Shown in pieces: positions 57,579-64,000 of a DNA stretch of 64,000 nucleotides. The position numbers and the translations under genes are program-made. Origin of the DNA: Candidatus Eiseniibacteriota bacterium (lineage in GTDB: Bacteria; Eisenbacteria; RBG-16-71-46); contig JANLOX010000245.1 in assembly GCA_031366795.1 (NCBI GenBank), positions 1,691 through 65,690 of the forward strand, in the 5' to 3' direction. Each line of letters starts with the position of its first letter. The stretch's first letter is position 1. Below the pieces are notes generated by a model. The model worked only from the letters and a program-made list of their open reading frames with translations, searched no databases and was not told the origin of the DNA.

Positions 57579-58331
57579 ATGTCCTGGATCCTCGAAACGT
57601 CCCAACATGTAATGATGTGGCGCCCCACCTTCACCCCCGCGGGTTGCGTCGTCGCCATGACGACACGCCGCGGGGGCGTCAGCCTGGCACCCTATGACGA
57701 TCTGAATCTCGGGCGATCCACCGCCGATGCACCCGGCTCGGTGACCGAGAACCGGCGGCGCGTTTTGGCCGCCCTTGGGGTAGACCCCGAGCGGCTCGCG
57801 ACCGCGGGGCAGATCCATGGCACGCGCGTAAGCGAAGCCACGGCGGCTGGGCTCCACACCGAAACCGACGCGCTGTTGACCCGGGAAACGGGACTCGCGA
57901 TTGCCGTCAGTGGTGCCGATTGTCTCCCCCTTGCCCTGTGCAGCGGCAGCGTCGTCGCTGTCGCCCACTCCGGATGGCGCGGCACGGTGGAAGGAATGCC
58001 CGGCGCCGTCCTGCGCGCGGCACTCGAATCCTCCGCTGCGTCCGCCGCGGATGCCTATGTCTACCTCGGGCCCTGCATCGGGCCTTGCTGCTATGTCGTG
58101 GGTGAAGACGTTGCCCGGTACTTCCCGGAAGCGGCAATCGTTCGCCGCGGGGCCGACGTGTACGCCGATATCGCTCTCGCTGCGCGCCTGCAACTTGAAG
58201 CCGCCGGCGTTCCCGCCGGCCAGATTCTCGACCCACCCGCCTGTACGTCCTGTGCCGCTGACTTCTGTTTCTCGCACCGGCGCGATCACGGACTCACCGG
58301 ACGGCTCTGGGGAATCGCCGCCCGCTGCTAG
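57579..58331 (+). CDS. pgeF: peptidoglycan editing factor PgeF (YfiH/DUF152 laccase-domain protein)
   Basis: Colinear with E. coli YfiH (GGVSLAPYDDLNLG, ADCLPLAL, HSGWRG, FSHRRD). Confidence 0.85.
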   Translation: MSWILETSQHVMMWRPTFTPAGCVVAMTTRRGGVSLAPYDDLNLGRSTADAPGSVTENRRRVLAALGVDPERLATAGQIHGTRVSEATAAGLHTETDALLTRETGLAIAVSGADCLPLALCSGSVVAVAHSGWRGTVEGMPGAVLRAALESSAASAADAYVYLGPCIGPCCYVVGEDVARYFPEAAIVRRGADVYADIALAARLQLEAAGVPAGQILDPPACTSCAADFCFSHRRDHGLTGRLWGIAARC

Positions 58332-58529
58332 CACCGTGCCTGCCGTTGCGGGCGGAAAGTATAGCAAGCGAGCCATATCCGCCGCACGCCGCATCCCGGC
58401 CCGAAGTGATTGACGCTGGCTTGTCATGTGTGCTCGGTCCGGAATCTTGACCGTGGTGAAAGCTCACTCCTAGACTACATTGCAGGAATACGCTCCGCTC
58501 CCCGCTTTCAAATTTCGACAGGAGGATTC

Positions 58530-59216
58530 ATGCGTCGCAGTGTCTCAGGGGCTGTAGTACTTGGCGTGATGTTGCTCACGACCGCATCGGCGTATGCCGC
58601 ACCGGCCGCCACCGCCGCCAGACCTAAGGCTTCGCTCAAGACGGCCCATGTCGCGGAAGTCGCGGTGCTCGAGACGACGCAGGGCAAGATCGTGATCAAG
58701 TTCCACAATGCGGACGCGCCGAAGACGGTGGCGAATTTCAAGAAGCTGGTGCGCGCGAAGTTTTACGACGGGACGTATTTCCACCGTGTCATCCCCCAGT
58801 TCATGATCCAGGGTGGCGATCCGAACACCAAGAATGCCGATCCCAACGACGACGGTATGGGCGGCCCGGGTTACACGGTGCCGGCCGAGATCAAGGGGCT
58901 GCACCTGCGTGGCTCGGTGGCGACCGCCCGGACGGGTGACGGCCAGAACCCAAAGAAGGATTCAAGCGGCTCGCAGTTCTTCATCGACGTGGCGCCCCAG
59001 CCTTCGCTCGATGCCGGCGGCTACACGGTGTTCGGCGAGGTCATCTCAGGAATGGACGCCGTGGATAAGATTGTGGCACTCGGGGCGGATCCCTCAACGC
59101 CGCGTGGCGGCGCCGGTCCGAACCCGGGCCAGAAGGCGCTGATCAAGCAGGCGACGATCGAGCCGTTGTCCAAGTATGAGAAGCCGGCCGCGGCGGAAGC
59201 CCCGGCAGTGAAGTAA
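58530..59216 (+). CDS. secreted cyclophilin-type peptidyl-prolyl cis-trans isomerase
   Basis: AGGAGGA Shine-Dalgarno + ATG; signal peptide; FHRVIPQFMIQGGDP and FFI motifs. Confidence 0.9.
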   Translation: MRRSVSGAVVLGVMLLTTASAYAAPAATAARPKASLKTAHVAEVAVLETTQGKIVIKFHNADAPKTVANFKKLVRAKFYDGTYFHRVIPQFMIQGGDPNTKNADPNDDGMGGPGYTVPAEIKGLHLRGSVATARTGDGQNPKKDSSGSQFFIDVAPQPSLDAGGYTVFGEVISGMDAVDKIVALGADPSTPRGGAGPNPGQKALIKQATIEPLSKYEKPAAAEAPAVK

Positions 59217-59241
59217 GACGGCACACCGCCGGAGGCTAGAC

Positions 59242-59270
59242 GACGGGCGGCCTCATCGGGGCCGCCCGTC
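59242..59270. terminator. GC-rich hairpin (11-bp perfect stem, 7-nt loop) between convergent genes
   Basis: gacgggcggcc-tcatcgg-ggccgcccgtc. Lies between the cyclophilin stop (59216, +) and the M28-like stop (59335, -). No T-tract. Confidence 0.4.
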
Positions 59271-59334
59271 GCGCTCGATGGTGCGGTGTGACGGCGTGAA
59301 CGTTCAACTGGGCAGCGGGCCGCTGGCGCATCGC

Positions 59335-61215
59335 CTAATCGCTGCGCCAGCGGCTCAGGCCCATCCGTGTCGTAAGATCGTAGAACTCGCTGATAGCCCC
59401 CCCTGCGTCCCGCCCCGTTTCGAGCGCCACATGCCACGCGATCTGGGCGACGCTGCGCTTCCCGTCCGCCGCGAACCACGCCAGTTCGAGTTCCGGGTCC
59501 GGGCAACGCTGCCTGAGCGCACGCCATGCCGCCTGTCCGGCGGCGTCCAGGCGCTCCCAGCCCGGGTTCAGGTAGTCGATGAAGTCGAGCGGCCCTTGCT
59601 TGAGTCTTTCCGGGACCCGCGCATCGGGTGAGGCGGAAGCGGGCATCACGGCGATGGGCAACTCCGCGGCGGCGAACGCCTCAAAACGCTTCACGGGTGC
59701 ATCGATTGCCGTTCCCGCAATTCCGAGCCGCGCCAGGCTGCGAATCGCCGACGCACCGCGCAAGTGCTCGCGCGTCAACGCGCGCGCGGCGTCCGGCTGG
59801 TCGCCCGCGGCCAGCAGCCGGCGGCGCGCGCCACGCTCGACGAGCTCCATCAGCCAGCGGACTTCGGGCTCCCCCGCGTTCGCGAGAAACAGCGCATAGG
59901 TTGCGGCGATGCGCGTGGTCAACGCGAGCGCCTCGGGGTCCACGCGATCGGCCGTGTCATAAGAGGAGTGATAATAGCGGTCGGGCCACTGGATCAGCAT
60001 CGGGCAGGGCACGCCGATCGAGGGATCCACGAACACCGCGTGGTCACTCCCGCCGGAGTAGGGCACTTCGGCGATGCGCGTCATGGAGACATGCCCGGGC
60101 CCCGAATAGGACAGCACCCAGTCGAGTGACTCGGCGCGGATGCGGCTCACCAATTCCTCGGCGAACGAAGCCGCGAAATGCGGCGGGTGCTCGATCAGGA
60201 AAGTGCTGCCACATTGCACTTGGTCGGCCCCGACCATGTCGAGGTTCAGCGCAGCAGCGAGGCGCCCGATCCGCTGCGGGTCGTTGGCGAGCCAGGCGAA
60301 GGTTCCCGTGAGTTCCGGCATCCACAGGAACCGGATGCCCCGCCGGAGCGGGCCAAACTGCTTGCCAAGTGCCGCCACCACACGCGCGGTCTCCAGTGCC
60401 GCCGCGACTCCCGAGCCATTGTCATGCGCTCCGGGAAGCGGATGGCACAGATGCGCCAGCACGAGCACTTCCTCGGTGGATTGGCCCGGCAGGTGCGCGG
60501 TGACCAACGGGATGGGCGCGGCATACCGCTGGGTGCGCACATCGAGTTCGATCTCGAGACGCTCGCCGTTCGCCAGCCGCTGCCGAAGTGCCGCGCCGGT
60601 GCGGGGTGTCACCACAAGCCCGACCGCGCGCGGCTCATCACCGCCCCACCAGAACGATGTGTAAGCGAGCGAGTCGATATCGTCCTCGGCGGTACGCACC
60701 GGGTGCACGAGCCTGCGCACATCGCACAGCAAGCCCGCGGCGCCGCGCTGTCGCACCAATTGCTCAACGCCACGACGGGCCGGCGCACCGCTCAAGACGA
60801 TCGCACCCCGCACGTCGATCGCCTCGAGTGCTCCGGGATCGAGCGAGTCGGGCACCGCGACGAGCCGGAAGCGTCCTGTGGCGGAACCGGTACGCTGCAC
60901 GATGGACAACGGTCCGCGGGCATAGTCACACAGGGGCTCGCGTTGACCGCCGGTGACGAGCCAGGCCTGGGCGTGATCCACCCGCCACCCTTCCTGTTGC
61001 AGTTCACCGAGGCAGCGGTGCAACCCGTCGCCCGGCACCGTCTCGCGCTGAACATCGAGGCCCAGCGCAGACAGCGATTGCTCGAGCCACGCCGCAGCGT
61101 CGTCATATCCCGGGCTCGACTGGATGCGGTGGAAGCGGCTGACCGAGCGCACGTCTTCCCAGGCGCGCGCGCCGCTCGCCTCGGTCCTTACGCGCTTGAG
61201 CCACTCCCTGAACAT
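59335..61215 (-). CDS. M28-family peptidase-like / DUF4910-type protein
   Basis: HLCHPLPGAHDNGSGVAA and LNLDMVGA zinc-aminopeptidase-like motifs; ATG 61215 chosen. Confidence 0.55.
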   Translation of the reverse strand: MFREWLKRVRTEASGARAWEDVRSVSRFHRIQSSPGYDDAAAWLEQSLSALGLDVQRETVPGDGLHRCLGELQQEGWRVDHAQAWLVTGGQREPLCDYARGPLSIVQRTGSATGRFRLVAVPDSLDPGALEAIDVRGAIVLSGAPARRGVEQLVRQRGAAGLLCDVRRLVHPVRTAEDDIDSLAYTSFWWGGDEPRAVGLVVTPRTGAALRQRLANGERLEIELDVRTQRYAAPIPLVTAHLPGQSTEEVLVLAHLCHPLPGAHDNGSGVAAALETARVVAALGKQFGPLRRGIRFLWMPELTGTFAWLANDPQRIGRLAAALNLDMVGADQVQCGSTFLIEHPPHFAASFAEELVSRIRAESLDWVLSYSGPGHVSMTRIAEVPYSGGSDHAVFVDPSIGVPCPMLIQWPDRYYHSSYDTADRVDPEALALTTRIAATYALFLANAGEPEVRWLMELVERGARRRLLAAGDQPDAARALTREHLRGASAIRSLARLGIAGTAIDAPVKRFEAFAAAELPIAVMPASASPDARVPERLKQGPLDFIDYLNPGWERLDAAGQAAWRALRQRCPDPELELAWFAADGKRSVAQIAWHVALETGRDAGGAISEFYDLTTRMGLSRWRSD

Positions 61216-61234
61216 GCCCGTGCCCGCGGCGCGA

Positions 61235-63388
61235 TCAGCGCGCCGGCAGCATGATGCGCTGGGCTCGCGTGACCGAGTTACCGGCGTCGTCCACGGCGCG
61301 CACCCCGACACTGTGCGCGCCGGGCTTGAGGTTGACGAGCAGTGTGGAGAACTCCACGTGGTGGGAATCCGTGAAGCCACCCTCGGGCGTCACCGCACGC
61401 CAGTCCTCGCCGTCGTATGCCGCTTCGATGCGCGATAGCGCACTGAGGGCATCCTCCGCCGCGCCATGGACGCGGATGCCATCCTTCAATGCCGTCAGCT
61501 CGAGTTGGGTCACCGCGGGCGGCGTATTGTCGATGGTGAACGGCGCGCTCGCTCCGCTCCCCTCGCGTTCCTCTCCCTGCGCGTTGCTGGTGCGATCACT
61601 CGCGCTCACCTTGAGCCGGTAGCGGCCATCGGGCAGCGTGTGCGTATCGAAGGTCCAGGTCGGCGTTTCCAGGTCCTCGGCCAGCAGGATGCCGTTCGAT
61701 TGCCCCTCTTCGCGCACCTCAAGCCGGTAGGTGAGCTTGTCGCCGTTCGGGTCGATGCCGCGCCACTGGGCGCTGCGCAATCCACGCGCCCATACCGGCA
61801 GCTCGCGCAGTTGGCGCGGCGCGGGCTGCTGGGTCAGCGAATACTCGACCTTTTGGCCGCCAGGCAGCGTCTGGGTGATCGGCTCCGAGCGCGGCACCAG
61901 TTCGCCCTCACGCACATTCTGCCCCTGCGCCGAGACCACGACATCCTCGATGCGCGGCGGCAGGTTCTGCTCCCGCCACGAAGCTTCGACGGAACTGAGC
62001 CGCGGGTGCCCTCCCGTCAGGACGATCTTCCATTGGAAGTAACGAGCCGGCGGTGACGCCGTGGCGCGGCCCTCAGGCGCCGCCACGCCGCCCTGCCACG
62101 GAGTCCAGGTCGAATCGGCGGGGTCGCTGTTGCCGCTGCGCGTGAACAGTTCGACCTTCGCTCCCTGTGCCTCCCCCCGCCACACCATGCGGCCGAAGCG
62201 GGCGATGCGCCGCGCATCGAGCGTGGGTGATAACAGTTCGCCGCGTTCCGCCAGTTCGGGCCCGAGCCGCCACAGCGCCACGGGATTCGAAGTCGCGGCG
62301 AACACGCGCGTGCCATTCGCGGCGAGTGCTGTCACCTGGCCCTGGGGTGCCGCGAGCACAAGCGAGGCGCCATCGCCGCGCTCGAGCCGGTAGACCGCCG
62401 CGCGGTCACCCGTCGCCGCCAGCATGCCGTCCGGTCGCGGCAGCAATGCATGCACGAACGGCTGGGCAGAGGTCCACACCAGTGTGACGATGCTGTCGGG
62501 AACGATGCGGTAGACCATCGAGCGCGCATCACTGATCGCGCCGCGGGCCGGAACCGGCGTGGGATCCTCGTCCGTGGCGGCGGGGCCCGCCGAGACGACC
62601 GCGGCGGAGAGTGCTGCGGCGTACAGCGCACCGTCATTGCCGATCGCCAGTGCGCGGATCTCGTCCTCGGTGGCGTCGTACACCGTGTGCGGCACGCCGG
62701 TGGCCGTGACATGGATCACGCGGCCCTTGCTGTCCCCACCCACGTACACCCCGGTGCCCCCGTCGGACACCATCGAGACGAGGTTGCTCTCATCGGAATC
62801 GAACACGAGTTCCGCCTTGCCCGGGCGGACGCGCATCAGCCGGCCGCGCGTCCCGGTGGCGGCGAACCACGCCGAAGGACCGGCAGGCGCCAGTGCCCAC
62901 ACGTAGCGCTCGCCGGTCGAGCAGATGCGCGAGGTATCGCCGTGCGCGCCGATGGAATAAATGAGGCCTTCGGGTCCCGTCCCGGCAACGACGCCATCGC
63001 CATTCGCGGCGAGCGAGAACACCTGGCCCACCGGCAACTTGACCCACGGCTTGATTCCGCCCTGCTCCGTCCAGCGGTCGATGCGGCCGTGATCGCCGGC
63101 GAGTGCCACCGAGCCGTCCTTGAGCACCGCGATGCTCCAGACGGTGGTCATCGAATCGACGCGTGACACCTCGGCGCGGGGCCCGAGTTCGATCGAGCCG
63201 TCTCCGCGCACCACGATGCCGTGCGCTTCGGCCTTGGCGTGATCGGCGGGCGTATCCGATATCCACCACTGGGTGTCGGAGGCCATTGCCGCGGCTCCCC
63301 ACGCCACCAGCGGAAGGCACAACGCCAGCGCGCGCACCGCATGGTGGCAGCGCTTCAACTCGGACACACGCAGCACGCAAACCAACAC
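61235..63388 (-). CDS. secreted beta-propeller repeat protein with C-terminal Ig/FN3-like domains
   Basis: Signal peptide; repeated G..G.(I/V)Y...DG blades; C-terminal beta-sandwich-like segments. Confidence 0.45.
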   Translation of the reverse strand: MLVCVLRVSELKRCHHAVRALALCLPLVAWGAAAMASDTQWWISDTPADHAKAEAHGIVVRGDGSIELGPRAEVSRVDSMTTVWSIAVLKDGSVALAGDHGRIDRWTEQGGIKPWVKLPVGQVFSLAANGDGVVAGTGPEGLIYSIGAHGDTSRICSTGERYVWALAPAGPSAWFAATGTRGRLMRVRPGKAELVFDSDESNLVSMVSDGGTGVYVGGDSKGRVIHVTATGVPHTVYDATEDEIRALAIGNDGALYAAALSAAVVSAGPAATDEDPTPVPARGAISDARSMVYRIVPDSIVTLVWTSAQPFVHALLPRPDGMLAATGDRAAVYRLERGDGASLVLAAPQGQVTALAANGTRVFAATSNPVALWRLGPELAERGELLSPTLDARRIARFGRMVWRGEAQGAKVELFTRSGNSDPADSTWTPWQGGVAAPEGRATASPPARYFQWKIVLTGGHPRLSSVEASWREQNLPPRIEDVVVSAQGQNVREGELVPRSEPITQTLPGGQKVEYSLTQQPAPRQLRELPVWARGLRSAQWRGIDPNGDKLTYRLEVREEGQSNGILLAEDLETPTWTFDTHTLPDGRYRLKVSASDRTSNAQGEEREGSGASAPFTIDNTPPAVTQLELTALKDGIRVHGAAEDALSALSRIEAAYDGEDWRAVTPEGGFTDSHHVEFSTLLVNLKPGAHSVGVRAVDDAGNSVTRAQRIMLPAR

Positions 63389-63399
63389 ACGACCTCCAC

Positions 63400-64000
63400 T
63401 CAGGGCTGGGCCAGGGAACCGTGAGATTCCACGACGACATTCAATTGCAGCTCACCGCGCAAGGCGCCGGGCACCGGTACGCGCCGTAGCGCGAGCCACG
63501 CGAGATCACCGCGACGGATCCGCTCGCCGGCGGAGGCGTCATCGGCCATCAGGGACACCGCGAACAACGGCAGCTCCGGATAATCGCGGCCCTCGGTGGT
63601 GACTTCCGGAGCGCGCGCCGTGAGCGCCAGGTACAAGGCGTCGGATGAGCGCGTGGCAGCCAGTCGCCGCCAGCCATCGTCGAGCGATTCGATGTGGTAG
63701 CGCCCCGGCAGCCGCGCGGCCTCGAAGCGCGACAACTCGGTCCCGCCGCCGATCCACAACGCATAACGCCCATCCGGCAGCTCCTCCGCGACGGGCAACT
63801 CGAGGGTGCGATGTTGTATGCCCCCGCGCCACGCTTCGAGCTCGCAGTCGACATGCAGCATGGAGCCCGGCTTCACCGAGGATTCGAGCAGCCGCGCCGA
63901 ACGCAGCGTCCATGCCTCGCGGCGCGGCGTGGTCTTGAGGGTGATCTCGAGACTATCGAGGCGCAGCCGCTCGTACGGATTGCCCATCAGGAACCGCAGC
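63400..64000 (-). CDS. hypothetical protein, 3' portion only (gene continues beyond the window end)
   Basis: Open frame runs to the window edge; 12 nt upstream of the beta-propeller gene on the same strand. Confidence 0.35.
   Translation of the reverse strand, partial: LRFLMGNPYERLRLDSLEITLKTTPRREAWTLRSARLLESSVKPGSMLHVDCELEAWRGGIQHRTLELPVAEELPDGRYALWIGGGTELSRFEAARLPGRYHIESLDDGWRRLAATRSSDALYLALTARAPEVTTEGRDYPELPLFAVSLMADDASAGERIRRGDLAWLALRRVPVPGALRGELQLNVVVESHGSLAQP

Noticed and set aside
57510-58427. 306-codon N-terminal extension of the long minus-strand ORF 54591..58427
   Set aside because: It is low-complexity and overlaps the well-supported pgeF gene on the plus strand. A GTG at 57509 with an AAGGAG Shine-Dalgarno and a hydrophobic anchor gives the credible start.

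Overview
High-GC (~68%) bacterial chromosomal segment, almost entirely coding and mostly on the minus strand. There are no transposases, integrases or CRISPR arrays. The domain repertoire (PNGGE-type Ig domains, T9SS-like C-terminal sorting tails) suggests a Gemmatimonadota/FCB-like organism; that is inference only.

Core genes recognised from the sequence: SulP permease, hldD, an SDR epimerase, a deoxyhypusine-synthase-like gene, the tldD/pmbA pair (TldD carries a Tat signal), GT4 and GT2 glycosyltransferases, apt, an RpoD-family sigma factor, two tRNA-Pro genes (CGG and GGG) flanking surE-GT2-acyltransferase, a MerR regulator, gpsA, plsY, der, tRNA-Gly(CCC), miaA, mutL, a giant PpiD-like parvulin chaperone, pgeF and a cyclophilin.

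Accessory content:
- Three very large secreted proteins share a T9SS-type C-terminal sorting domain: a PLD/HKD enzyme with a lamin-tail domain; an unusual 1475-aa fusion of a quinoprotein-type sugar dehydrogenase propeller, a PKD domain and a five-CxxCH multiheme cytochrome c; and an InlB-B-repeat protein.
- A blaI / blaR1-like (M56 peptidase + TPR) pair with a promoter-overlapping palindromic operator sits directly upstream of an HTH-TOBE regulator and modB-modC, with no modA.
- A serine-hydrolase / DUF4032 pair and an orphan fused TRAP permease are also present.
- Several genes look decayed: a pirin remnant (in-frame deletion, frameshift at a (GC)5 run, 9-bp duplication), a thioredoxin-like remnant, a histidine-kinase fragment, a truncated GNAT, and a frameshifted DUF5916-like gene. 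These are either real pseudogenisation or assembly/indel errors.

Coordinates are anchored to the supplied ORF track. Start codons were re-derived by arithmetic plus local motif checks and may be off by a codon. tRNA ends were read from the displayed sequence, which in places appeared shifted by 1 nt relative to the track.
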